This document shows positions 40,681 through 53,174 of a DNA stretch of 64,000 nucleotides, in pieces (position 1 is the first letter of the stretch; each line of letters starts with the position of its first letter). The DNA lies in NCBI GenBank assembly GCA_951406725.2, contig OX597816.1:16058001-16122000 (forward strand), written 5' to 3'. The notes under the pieces were generated by a model that was not told where the DNA came from, ran no database searches, and worked only from the letters and a program-made list of their open reading frames with translations. The position numbers and the translations under genes were made by a program. Source of the stretch: Octopus vulgaris. Taxonomy: Eukaryota.

Positions 40681-41494
40681 GTTTTAGGGTTTATATCGCT
40701 AATGTCAGTAAATTATTCCTGGAGTCCAGAGATTTCAGGAGAAGGGATTTAGAGATAGCTGTATAAAATTTCTGAGTATCGAAACATCAAGCGATCACTT
40801 CAACGGAGAATAGCAGTATTCATGAGTTGCCATCATTGGAAAATATTACTTTTAGACAGCTTCCAAACCTCAGAGAACCCACGACCTTCTGATACAATCA
40901 TAACGAAACAATCCAAAAAGAATTGTTGAATAGCCATCTCTTGGTGATGATCATACGTTTGAAACGAGTGCTTCCATTTATCATGACAATTTAGTCTGTA
41001 AATATTCCTGTCTTCTATAGGCGCAAGGCCTGAAATTTTACAGGTGAGGTCTAGTCTATTACATCGACTCCAGTGCTCATCTGGTAAATATTTTATTGAC
41101 CCCGAAAGAATGAAACTAAAAGTTGACCTCAGCGGAATTAGAACTCAGAATGGGCGAAATGCTGCTAAGCATTTTAGATGGGGTGCTAACGATTCTATCG
41201 AGACAATCATATATTTAACCAACCACAAATTACTATTTGATTTCAGGTGTGTTGAAAATATGCAATTTCATTCATTTCCCAAATAATTACCAATCACTCG
41301 TGTGTAATGATACGTAATAAGAGAATATATCTCCAATAGCTTCCTGACATAGATATGTGGATGGAGATATAAATACAAGTGTCTATATATATACATATAT
41401 ATCTATATATATACTGTAAAAACCCATGTAATTTGCACACCTGTGTAATTTACGCAGGGGATTTTCAGGATAAAAATTGTTAAAAAAAAGCTTT

Positions 41495-42503
41495 GGTACT
41501 TTTTGGTTATCTCACACCCATTAAAAAATTGGGTTATCTCCCCTGTTTTATGAAAAATATCGGTACTTATGGTTATCTCCCCGCAACTAAAAAAATTGTT
41601 TAACCCTCAATAAAACAAAAAGAAAATGAAAAAATTAATAGACATGAAAACAGAAGAAAAGAAAACTGAAAAGATTAAATATGTTATTGAATCTGTAGAG
41701 GTTTTGTGCAGGCATGGCATGGATTCGATCCTTGATCGCAAAATTTCACTAAGCAGTTCAACAACACTTTTCTTACAACTTGGCAGACACCCATAAAATT
41801 ATCAACCATCGTACAAACAATAACTCTGAGCACCTTTTCAAACTCCACCCATCTAACACCCGTGGACATATTTACAAAGTAAGGAAACAGCACAGCTCCC
41901 ATGACTTCAGGAAACATTTTTTCACGCTGAGAGTTGCTGAAGCATGGAACAAACTGCCGGCATTGGTTGTTAGTTGTCAGAGCACTGCATCCTTCAAAAC
42001 TTCCATGCTTCCTGAGATTCGCCAACACTACACTTGATTTTCTCCCCTCCATACACACACAAGCATGTATCTGACTCATACACTGTCCACTTCCCAGACA
42101 TTTGTACATTACTGCATGTACTTTATATGCACTTTCTGACAAGTTGTGGTGCACCTGAGCACTGTATACAATAATTTCATTATTATTATTATTACAGTAA
42201 AACAATAGATTTTCTGTGAGTGACAGTAGTTACATTTACCAGATGTTTTCTTGGTGATCGAGGATCGAATCCATGCCATGCCTGCATGAAGCCACTACAA
42301 ATCTAATAACATTTTTTATAACAAATCATACCATGCCTACCTAGGAGGCCAAACATCAACAATGTGCTGAAGTATTGAATCAAAAGTATCTAACCCTTTT
42401 AATCCAATCTCCTGTCGCCACATTAACTCAACTTTTTAGTGGGGAGATAACCCAATTTTTTAATGGCAATTTTTTAATGGGAGTGAGATAACCAAAAAGT
42501 ACC
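41495..42503. mobile_element. Nested Merlin-like MITE
   Basis: TIR GGTACTTTTTGGTTATCTCAC; 8-bp flanks AAAGCTTT/AAAGCTGT; second internal IR 41681-41740 / 42252-42313. Confidence 0.6.
41769..42193 (+). mobile_element. CR1-like LINE 3' end
   Basis: NTRGH...RKHFFTLRVAEAWNKLP motif; (ATT)n tail. Confidence 0.85.
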
Positions 42504-44404
42504 AAAGCTGTGAAATTCATACCCAAAAGTTTTCAGAATTGCCAATATGGCCAGGGGAAAAATGTTTTCAATTTAGTTGTATTTAACATAATTTCACTTA
42601 CTTATGATAAGATTTTATTAAATAGAAATAATTTCTGTTTAACAGATATCAGATTGAAAGCTATTAAATTACGAAGTGTTTATGTTTATAATGAATTGTG
42701 TTTTACATTTCTTGCCCACAAGAGATTATGTCCAATCTTTAGCACACTTCTGTATGTCTTCTCAAATCATGATCACAGGAAAAGTTGTTGATAATTCTTA
42801 TCAACAAAAACAACGCTGATAAATATGCACAAGTGTTGCAAAATAAGTTTAATTACCAATAAACATCAGCTTGGATGACACTTTATTCAACTGATAGAGG
42901 AAGGTGACCGATCAAACTGATTATGTAAACAAAATTCTGATTGGTCGAAAGTGTCTGATTTTCTGCCTATTCTTGTTGGAACCTTTGATATGAAGTACCG
43001 AAATTTCAATCCCTTTCACACTTATAAAATGTCAAGCATAGTTAAAGATTTGTTATTACCATTTTAGCCAGGAGACCAAACTGATAGTTTGGTGACCTGC
43101 TAAAATAAACATTAAGGAGAAAATAAACAGCTTTGCAAGTTAAACTCAGTGTTTATTGAAAAAGGGAAGTGCGAAATTTAAGAAGCGACTTGTTAGAATA
43201 TACACATCTGTGAGGAGACATAAACTAGAATAGCAAAAATCTACTACACCAAAAGAACTGGTAATACATACATTACAAGTTTTCTATGAAAAGAACATAG
43301 GAGTGCTACATAATTCAACATGAATGTGAAACAACATTAAACATTGTATAACGTAAATGAAGGTTTCTGTAGAGAACGCTTCATGAATTTTCATGCGCAA
43401 GGATGAATTATAATGTTGTCATTGGCGTTAAATGCAGTAAAATATGGTCTGGACTTCAAAAAGTAGTCAACCATTTAATGGTTTTAGTAAATTCATACAG
43501 AAAAAGTAAGCATTGTACCGCCCAGCATAAATAAAAGTCAACTTTATATTTTTTCTGTAAAAACCTATTCTGACATTGAATGAGTCAACTGGTACATTTG
43601 TACGTAATTTTCTGGTACATTTGTACGTAATTTTCCAACAAAAACAAATTTTAAAAAAAATTCTGGGAATGATCTATTCATGTAATATACGCACTTGCTA
43701 AAGTTTATTTAGGTTTTTGTAAAAAAAAGTCCGTAAATTTCATGGGTTTTTACAGTACTCACATTTACATATATACTTATGTACATACACCCAAGTATAT
43801 AAATGTATTAGTACACACACACACACACACACACACGTATATGTGTACATACAGACACATATATGCAGACACATTCACAAACATTCCAAAATAAACAAGT
43901 ATAGTTTTACGTATGTTTCCAAAATATACTTCAGACCATTATCAGTCAATGTCCAGTCACACAAACTTTCATCCATGTCAATAATTCACTTTTTTCATCC
44001 ACAAAAATTTATACAAATTCACATTCACACATACTTACACATATTATACATATACATACATGTATATATATTGGCATTGAGACGAGAATGTCAATATGCA
44101 TCCTATTCTACTTCTCTGAAAAATCCTAAATGTCACATTTTATTCTATTTTAATTCAGCTGAAGAAAATGGAATTTTTTTTTACAGGATGTAATTGATTT
44201 TTTCAATAAAAAACACGTCTAAAACAACTTTAGTGAACCTCAGCCCATTTGTGTTACCATCTATACATGTATGTGTGCATATATGTATCTCATTATTCAG
44301 TTTTATTTCAAGATTTCCTGCCAATAGAGAAAGAGCCGGTTTGTAACAAAGATCCAAGACTCCTTCATTGGAATTTCAATATCAACAGAGTATGTATGTA
44401 TGTA

Positions 44405-44597
44405 AGTGGAGAGTTATGAAAAAAAAAAACAAAAGACGAAGACAGGTGGTATACAAAAGAAACAGATGTATTAGTTTAATGCTCAGGAATAGAAAACGTC
44501 TTTTATGTTTTGAGCCTACGCTCTTCTACAGAAAGAGACAGAAAAAAATACAAGGAGAGAAAAAATGTGTGTAGTGGCTAACGATCTATCATGGCAT
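44405..44597 (-). mobile_element. PLE pseudo-LTR fragment
   Basis: Same family as 59250-59447; HHR GAAA mutated to AAAA. Confidence 0.7.
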
Positions 44598-44689
44598 GTA
44601 TGTATGTATACATGCAGATTTGTATGTTTTGTTTTATGTATGTCTTCTCATGCATATAGTTGCATATCTAGACATACTCATATATATCT

Positions 44690-45340
44690 AAATGGTAAAC
44701 TTTTGGAAAGGTTTACAGATTTTCACAGTTCCAGTGATGAATTGGATCTGCAGTCTTTGAATCAGCTTTCTTTCTGGTTTTGAGAAGCCAAGTTTCTCAA
44801 AATTGGTATTTAGGCAGTGTGTTGTATATTCCATTGCCTCAATAATCACAGGTATAAACCTGCACTTGTATCCTGGATAGAGTAACTACAGATTTCTCAA
44901 TAATTCAACATAGGTATTCTCTCCTTCATTGATCTTTGGCTTTATGTTAACATCTGCTGGGCAGCTGATTTCCCCAACTGTACATAGTTACTCTTCTCTA
45001 TCCCAAATCAGGTCGGTTGTGCTTACATTTTATTGAGGTTTTCACTGGGACATTCCACCAGCACTCCTTTTTATAGTGAGTGGCAATGGCTTCTACCATA
45101 TTGTGGGATCATATTTCTTTATCCTTCTGACGGACTTCCTTATAGAGTGTCCTAGCTACAACAGCATGTCTAATTAGTAGATAATACTATAATGACATTT
45201 TCGGACAACTGCTTGTGATGTAGGTGATATCTTCAGTGTTAACCCCACAAGCTTGCATTGGTTGTCACATTTTACTGCTTTTCCTGCATCTCTGTCCCTT
45301 TTGTGAATCAGGTATTTGGTTGATATTTCCTGTTCCTGTA
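44690..45340 (-). pseudogene. R4-like non-LTR retrotransposon C-terminal relic (restriction-like endonuclease)
   Basis: Manual translation: QEQEISTKY, CKL(C)GVNTEDITYITSSC knuckle, WWNVPVKT..KHNRPD, GEISCPAD; frameshifted. Confidence 0.7.
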
Positions 45341-46255
45341 TGTATTATAGTGTTGATGGTAGTAGAAAGATGATGAGGATTTAGTTGTTCAATCCACTAA
45401 ATTACCTGTACTGACTTAACATGTAAGTGGCTGAGTATTTCACAGACACATATTCTTAACATACTTATTCAGGCAAAATTAGCATGACACAGTGCAACAT
45501 ATACTTTTCCAATTGAAGGTAAAATCCACCTGATGATCCTATACACAAATGTGGTCTACCAAGCTTCACTCACGAAGTACAGGTTAATTTGAGATTACAG
45601 AAAACTTATCAAGATGATACGCAATGAGATTGAAACCGAAGCTTCATGATTATGTTCCTTAACCATTTGGCCATTCAGTAAACTTTGACTGTAGTAAACA
45701 ATATAGTGTGTCAATGTATAGTTACTGCAACAAAAAGAAAAAAACTCTAAATCTTAAGAGAGTATGATCTGAAACCCATTTAAATTCAGATTTTATTGTC
45801 ACATGCATTCCTTTAGAAAACTTGACTCCAGTACTTAGCTCTTATTTTATTTTTTTAAGCCCCGAAAAAATAAAAGGTAAAGTGAGTCTTAATGGGATTT
45901 GAATTCAGAATATAAAGAGCAGAAAATTTATCACAAAGTATTTGGTGCCATTAGTGTGTGGTCAAACCATAACCTTAAATCCTAACCATACAGATATCAC
46001 CAAACCTTAAACCCAATCTTATCCGAGGTCAGATTATTTCGCAGCATAGCCTACAACTACTGCAGTGGATTGCACAGTAAAGTAGCACCAAACATTTTCC
46101 TGCTGGTCAACAATTCTGCCACTTTCCTCCCTTCCAATTTTAAATTTAGGTTCGTCAGTAATTTTAAGGGCAGAACAAAACTAGAAAAGAATTTTTCTGA
46201 GTCTCTTACGACCCTGCTAATTTGCTGCTTTAGTCGTTGTAATATTACTATATGC

Positions 46256-46555
46256 GGAGGCGCAATGGCCCAGTGGTTAGGGCAGCGGACTCGCGGTTAG
46301 AGGATCGCAGTTTCGATTCCCAGACTGGGTGTTGTGAGTGTTTATTGAGTGAAAGCACTTAAAGCTCCACGAGGCTCCGGCAGGGATTGGTGATGACCCC
46401 TGTTTTACCCTTTCACCCCAACATTCTCTCACTCTTTCTTCCTGGCCCGTTTCTTGAGTAACGTTGCAGTGGTGGACTGGTGTCCCGTCCAGCTGGGGTA
46501 ACACATACGCCATAAAAACCGGGCTCATGAGCCTGGCTAGGATTGAAAAGGACAT
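46256..46555 (+). mobile_element. SINE family B (tail type 1)
   Basis: Family B head; tail like 13880-14000. Confidence 0.85.
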
Positions 46556-46683
46556 ATAAAAAAATATTACTATATATATATATACACATTTTAAATAATA
46601 ATTGGTATTTGAGTAATATGCTATACGTAATTCTTCTAAAGTACGTTTGTAATTTGATATCAAATTGTGAGAGTTATATGATA

Positions 46684-47074
46684 CTAGCAGTATTGCCCGG
46701 CGTTGCTTGGGTTTGTTTCGACCTGCTGGAATTGGAATTTTTGAAAAGTAAAAATTTTGCATTATGTAGCTTGTTATTGTGTTCTAGTGAACATTTTTCT
46801 GGTTGAAATACACCGAAAAGTGGCGACGCAGCAGTGAAAAAATGGTAAAAAATAAGGATTTTCATAGAAAAAAGCAGCTTTTTGATGTAAATAATTTTTG
46901 GTGTTAACATGATCCAATTTGAATTTTATCTTCTACGGAAGGAAGAGCAACCCTTCTTCTATCATACTCTCAATTTTGGTCAACTTGCGCCGCAGGGTCT
47001 CGGAGGAGATAGTGTTAGTTGAAGGCTACCAAACCTGTCACACACAGACAACTTCAGCTTTATATAGAGAGAGA
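46684..47074 (-). mobile_element. Non-autonomous Helitron
   Basis: Minus strand TC...CCCAAGCAACGCCGGG...CTAG inserted at A|T. Confidence 0.8.
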
Positions 47075-47500
47075 TTTTGGAATTCCCACTTGAGATTTAG
47101 TCATTAAATGTGGAGCATTTCAAACGCCCTCTTTTCTGCTCTGGACTTAGAACCATCAACTGCAATACAACCTTGGCTATTAAAAAAGATGAGGTTTGTT
47201 CACATTTCGTTACCGTCACATATTGATGAGAATTTTGGTGAATGATTTTGAAATTCCGTTCACGTATTTTAGACATTGTTTACGTTTCTTATTTTCATCT
47301 ATCTGTCTGTCTGTCCGTCCGTTCGTCCGTCTCCACATACAGGCATGTATACACACATACATATTCTATCAGTATGCCTCTGGTAGAGGCTTCTTCCATG
47401 AAGCTCGCAAGGAAAACAGAAAAAAAGTCACAAAGAAAAGAAGGTGGTACATAGAGCAATCACATCTTTCGTATTCCAACGAAAGCTATTTATTTATGAA

Positions 47501-47889
47501 CTAGCAGTATCGCTCGGCGTTGCTCAGGTTTGTTTCGACCCTTTAGAATTGGAATTTTTGAAAAGTAAAAATTTTGCATTATGTAGCTTGTTATTGTGTT
47601 CTAGTGAACATTTTTCTGGTTGAAATACACCGAAAAATGACGACACAGCAGTAAAAAAATCGTAAAAAATAGGGATATTCATAGTAAAAAGCACCTTTTT
47701 GATGTAAATAATTTTTGGTGTTAACATGGTCCGATTTGAATTTTATCTTCTACGGAAGAAAGAGCAAGCCTTCTTCTACCATACTCTCAATTTTGGTCAA
47801 CTTGCACCGCAGGGTCTCGGAGGAGATAGTGTTAGTTGAAGGCTACCAAACCTGTCACACAGACAACTTCAGCTTTATATATAGAGAGA
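47501..47889 (-). mobile_element. Non-autonomous Helitron, same family as 46684
   Basis: Highly similar to 46684-47074, with TC/CTAG termini. Confidence 0.8.
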
Positions 47890-47934
47890 TTTCTTTTAAA
47901 ACGAACGTTGAATGTAGTAACCTCAATACACAAA

Positions 47935-48900
47935 GAATCCGGTCATCCGTGTACAATACGGGATGAGCGAAAATGAAGCAGGGGAAGCTACTCTTCTGTG
48001 AAGAGATTGACAAGTTTAGTCGCGTCTCGAACGAGTTTCTAATAGGGATCAACGCTATGGTGGTCAGCGGGAAACAAATCCAGCTTACTATGCGATAATA
48101 TAGATTACTCTAGATCAGGTTGACAAATTTAAGTACCTCGGGTTTATTGCTGACGAAACAGCGAATTTCTGTCCGGAAATCGGAGGAAGACTTGATACAG
48201 AAAAATCAACCCTGAGGTTACAAATACAATATGGAGAGATACCACACTGAAACTTCTAAAGACCCTATTCTGTCCTTCGGGCGTTGTGTTCGTGTGAAAC
48301 ATGGATTCAAACTGGGTGGCTGACACTAAGCGACCCAAGGCGATCAAGATTATGTGCTACAGGCGAATAAGGCAGAAACGTTAGCACGCCGGGCGAAATG
48401 CGTAGCCGTATTTCATCTGCCGTTACGTTCTGAGTTCAAATTCCGCCGAGGTCACCTTTGCCGTTCATCCTTTCGGGGTCGATAAATTAAGTACCAGTTA
48501 CGCACTGAGGTCGATGTAATCAACTTAATCCCTTTGTCTGTCCCCTCTATGTTTAGCCCCTTGTGGCGAATAAAGAAATATATGAGCTACAGGCGAGTGC
48601 TGTGAGTCAGTTGTGTAGCTCGTCGAACAAAAGATTCGGTCCTTTAAGAAATGGGAATAGTAAAACGTTGATGACGATGATCAGACGGCGAAAAACTGCT
48701 ATATTTTGGCCATGTTATCAGCGTCCTTCGTTTCTGTGTTCACATTCTTTGGGCTGGGAGGAAGGAAAACAGATTCAAAGGCGATAAAAACGAAAATAGA
48801 CCTTAAAAATTGGATGAGGAAGATCCGGGCGGAGTTCACAACTGCAGTGTGTTGCGAGGAATAGTGGTTGCATCTGAGGTTTCCGACCTCCAGGACAAAA
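47935..48900 (+). pseudogene. Old RTE-like relic interrupted by SINE C (48371-48580)
   Basis: LDQVDKFKYLG, MCYRRI and FGHV-like remnants. Confidence 0.5.
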
Positions 48901-49270
48901 TCTTCAGCCATTTATTATTTTGATTCGATATTCATTTCTAATAGATAACCAAAGCGTAGGCTTTCGAGTAAAATATAAGCTTTCAGTGCACAGGATTTAA
49001 AACTTTGGTCCAATTGTCCGTAGAATCCAATAATTTCTCTTATATCTCCATCAGTTCTCAGTTTTCCTGCATCCCATAAAATGCAATACTTTTGTCGTTA
49101 TTCAGAAGCTAAATTCAACTCCAATTGAGACAGCTATATAAGTAAGTGATAATAGCTTAGAGGTAGCCAACGAGCAACGATCGTCCTTTCAAATACATTA
49201 CAGGTATTTCACCTTCTTTTCGTATGACATGTAATTTTACGTCTTTATGGGTCTTGGTGATGAATAGCTA

Positions 49271-49303
<33 letters not shown>

Positions 49304-49512
49304 TGTTTAACGTGCGCTTTCCATGCTAGCATGGGTTGGACAACTTGACTGAGGACTGGCGAACCAGATGGCTGCACCAGGCTCCAATCTTGATCTGGCA
49401 GAGTTTCTACAGCTGGATGCCCTTCCTAACGCCAACCACTCCGAGAGTGTAGTGGGTGCTTTTACGTGCCACCGGCACGAGGGCCAGTCAGGCGGTACTG
49501 GCAACGGCCACG
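49271..49512 (-). mobile_element. RTE 3' tail fragment (similar at 12299-12540, 15518-15680, 18570-18766)
   Basis: CCATGCTAGCATGG palindrome and (CAT)n tail. Confidence 0.85.
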
Positions 49513-50174
49513 AAAAACACTAAACATATTATTCTTAATACGTTCCGGCAAATTCGAACGTGAATATACTAATCGCTGTTTTATTCGTCAGTGGAGAACA
49601 ACTTCATTACGACAAATGTGTGTTAGTAACATATCACATTCATAAGTACAAGAGACTCTGAGACAACTGGTGATTCGGCATTGTTGTGTCTCGTCGGCCC
49701 AAAGCACTCCGGACTATCGAATCTGATAAGAGTCGATGCCCTTATAAATAACTTCAGCAAATTGTTTGTTTACTGATCTGTGCAGATATCTACCAACTGA
49801 CATCACAGTGAAATTTTGGAAAATTTCGTTATGACCTATTGCTCATTCATAGATATTTTTTACTATAACATCAGAGACCGAAAATAGTAACGGCTTATCA
49901 AAAATGATATTTGATTCTTCCTGTTCAGGTGAAGTTTATTGATATCAGTAGGCGCGGTAGGCTTGCATACTTCATTGTTGTACAATTGATAAAACTTTTC
50001 TGGTAACATTTTGATCATCGGTAGCACTTGACATAAATAAGCATTACAAATTCGACTATCTTTGTTACACACACACACACATGCATATACATATATGTAT
50101 ATTTATATATATGTATTTATAAAGCAATAAATGTATATGTGTGTGCGCGCGTGTATTTAAATGTATATATACTT

Positions 50175-50361
50175 CGTGGTGGCCTGATAGACCGTTAGCT
50201 CCTACACGCATTTTTTTCTCTCCTTGTTTCTTTCTGTCGAAGAGCGTAGGCTCGAAACGTAAAAGACTTGTTCCACTTCTATTCCTGGGCGCCATACTAA
50301 TACATTTGTTTGTTTGTACTCCACCTGCCTTCGTCTTTTGTTTATTTTCGTAAACCTTCCC

Positions 50362-50362
<1 letters not shown>
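50175..50362 (+). mobile_element. PLE pseudo-LTR fragment with minimal HHR variant (50229-50266)
   Basis: TCTTT-CTGTCGA-A-GAGC-GTAG-GCTC-GAAACGT-A-AAAGA; 3' end runs into (TA)n. Confidence 0.8.
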
Positions 50363-50412
<50 letters not shown>

Positions 50413-50697
50413 AAAGGGTGAAATTAATTAATTAGGGATAATTATCAATTACACCAAGTAGATTTCGGTATGTAAAAGCCCCATTCGAGGAAAATTTAAG
50501 TAATACTAAGTAATTAAGGGTTTAGCAACGAATTGCCTCACCAACACACCGAATTTAGAAATAGCAGTCAAAGAGATATAGCTATTCCTTCTACTAAAAG
50601 GGGGATCTCAGTAAAAACACAGCACTTAAAAGGCAAACACAGACAGGTAAGAAAGAAAGAATGAAATGACGGCAATCCATCATGCAATTTTAAGTTA

Positions 50698-50789
50698 CCT
50701 ACGGACGTACGTTTCGAGATCAAGTTTTAGGATATCATAAGAATTAGAAAATTCTACTTTACCCAGACTTCTTCTCTCATCGGTGCAGG
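50698..50789 (-). ncRNA. Type I hammerhead motif, copy 1
   Basis: As 51907-51998 but helix I strand is CCTGCA (mismatch next to the core). Confidence 0.65.
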
Positions 50790-51286
50790 ATACTACAATT
50801 GTGAATAATTGTATATTAAATTTTGAGATACTAGAATGCGCCATCTCAACTCAGTGTCAGAGCGAGCCAAAGCATGACCAGTACCACGAAATTCAAAGTT
50901 TGAATGAAAGTTTGTGTCACCAGCCCCCTTCCACCCGCGTGTAGCCAAGACAAAATGCTGTGGTCATTTACTGGGATAAAATATGGTTATCAGTAATAAT
51001 AAAAGGGTGAAATTAATTAATTAGGGATAATTATCAATTACACCAAGTAGATTTCGGTATGTAAAAGCCCCATTCGAGGAAAATTTAAGTAATACTAAGT
51101 AATTAAGGGTTTAGCAACGAATTGCCTCACCAACACACCGAATTTAGAAATAGCAGTCAAAGAGATATAGCTATTCCTTCTACTAAAAGGGGGATCTCAG
51201 TAAAAACACAGCACTTAAAAGGCAAACACAGACAGGTAAGAAAGAAAGAATGAAATGACGGCAATCCATCATGCAATTTTAAGTTA

Positions 51287-51378
51287 CCTACGGACGTACG
51301 TTTCGAGATCAAGTTTTAGGATATCATAAGAATTAGAAAATTCTACTTTACCCAGACTTCTTCTCTCATCGGCGCAGG
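51287..51378 (-). ncRNA. Type I hammerhead motif, copy 2
   Basis: Reverse complement of 51907-51998. Confidence 0.75.
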
Positions 51379-51906
51379 ATACTACAATTGTGAATAATTG
51401 TATATTAAATTTTGAGATACTAGAATGCGTCATCTCAACTCAGTGTCAGAGCGAGCCAAAGCATGACCAGTACCACGAAATTCAAAGTTTGAATGAAAGT
51501 TTGTGTCACCAGCCCCTTCCACCCGCGTGTAGCCAAGACAAAATGCTGTGGTCATTTACTGGGATAAAATATGGTTATCAGTAATAATAAAAGGGTGAAA
51601 TTAATTAATTAGGGATAATTATCAATTACACCAAGTAGATTTCGGTATGTAAAAGCCCCATTCGAGGAAAATTTAAGTAATACTAAGTAATTAAGGGTTT
51701 AGCAACGAATTGCCTCACCAACACACCGAATTTAGAAATAGCAGTCAAAGAGATATAGCTATTCCTTCTACTAAAAGGGGGATCTCAGTAAAAACACAGC
51801 ACTTAAAAGGCAAACACAGACAGGTAAGAAAGAAACTGACACTGAGTTGAGATGACGCATTCTAGTATCTCAAAATTTAATATACAATTATTCACAATTG
51901 TAGTAT

Positions 51907-51998
51907 CCTGCGCCGATGAGAGAAGAAGTCTGGGTAAAGTAGAATTTTCTAATTCTTATGATATCCTAAAACTTGATCTCGAAACGTACGTCCGTAGG
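51907..51998 (+). ncRNA. Type I hammerhead motif, copy 3
   Basis: CCTGCG-CCGATGA-GAGA[53 nt]TCTC-GAA-AC-GTAC-GT-C-CGTAGG; predicted GUC cleavage after 51992; U4C core variant. Confidence 0.75.
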
Positions 51999-52494
51999 TA
52001 ACTTAAAATTGCATGATGGATTGCCGTCATTTCATTCTTTCTTTCTTACCTGTCTGTGTTTGCCTTTTAAGTGCTGTGTTTTTACTGAGATCCCCCTTTT
52101 AGTAGAAGGAATAGCTATATCTCTTTGACTGCTATTTCTAAATTCGGTGTGTTGGTGAGGCAATTCGTTGCTAAACCCTTAATTACTTAGTATTACTTAA
52201 ATTTTCCTCGAATGGGGCTTTTACATACCGAAATCTACTTGGTGTAATTGATAATTATCCCTAATTAATTAATTTCACCCTTTTATTATTACTGATAACC
52301 ATATTTTATCCCAGTAAATGACCACAGCATTTTGTCTTGGCTACACGCGGGTGGAAGGGGCTGGTGACACAAACTTTCATTCAAACTTTGAATTTCGTGG
52401 TACTGGTCATGCTTTGGCTCGCTCTGACACTGAGTTGAGATGACGCATTCTAGTATCTCAAAATTTAATATACAATTATTCACAATTGTAGTAT

Positions 52495-52586
52495 CCTGCG
52501 CCGATGAGAGAAGAAGTCTGGGTAAAGTAGAATTTTCTAATTCTTATGATATCCTAAAACTTGATCTCGAAACGTACGTCCGTAGG
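52495..52586 (+). ncRNA. Type I hammerhead motif, copy 4
   Basis: Same as copy 3, +588 bp. Confidence 0.75.
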
Positions 52587-53082
52587 TAACTTAAAATTGC
52601 ATGATGGATTGCCGTCATTTCATTCTTTCTTTCTTACCTGTCTGTGTTTGCCTTTTAAGTGCTGTGTTTTTACTGAGATCCCCCTTTTAGTAGAAGGAAT
52701 AGCTATATCTCTTTGACTGCTATTTCTAAATTCGGTGTGTTGGTGAGGCAATTCGTTGCTAAACCCTTAATTACTTAGTATTACTTAAATTTTCCTCGAA
52801 TGGGGCTTTTACATACCGAAATCTACTTGGTGTAATTGATAATTATCCCTAATTAATTAATTTCACCCTTTTATTATTACTGATAACCATATTTTATCCC
52901 AGTAAATGACCACAGCATTTTGTCTTGGCTACACGCGGGTGGAAGGGGCTGGTGACACAAACTTTCATTCAAACTTTGAATTTCGTGGTACTGGTCATGC
53001 TTTGGCTCGCTCTGACACTGAGTTGAGATGACGCATTCTAGTATCTCAAAATTTAATATACAATTATTCACAATTGTAGTAT

Positions 53083-53174
53083 CCTGCGCCGATGAGAGAA
53101 GAAGTCTGGGTAAAGTAGAATTTTCTAATTCTTATGATATCCTAAAACTTGATCTCGAAACGTACGTCCGTAGG
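53083..53174 (+). ncRNA. Type I hammerhead motif, copy 5
   Basis: Same as copy 3, +1176 bp. Confidence 0.75.

Larger units (their letters stand above)
41414..43755. mobile_element. Non-autonomous TA-targeting DNA transposon (Tc1/mariner/pogo superfamily)
   Basis: TA-CTGTAAAAACCCATG...CATGGGTTTTTACAG-TA. Confidence 0.75.

Noticed and set aside
46256-46330. tRNA genes (also 39983, 54550, 56353)
   Set aside because: A/B boxes continue into SINE bodies; no convincing acceptor stem.
49585-49592. Other isolated CTGANGA heptamers (also 45530, 48150, 54361)
   Set aside because: No matching helices or GAAA/NUH arrangement found.
51390-53071. Repeated 64-aa ORF in the 588-bp unit
   Set aside because: GTG start, antisense to the ribozyme, frameshifted in unit 1 and not preserved in the 28-kb subfamily.
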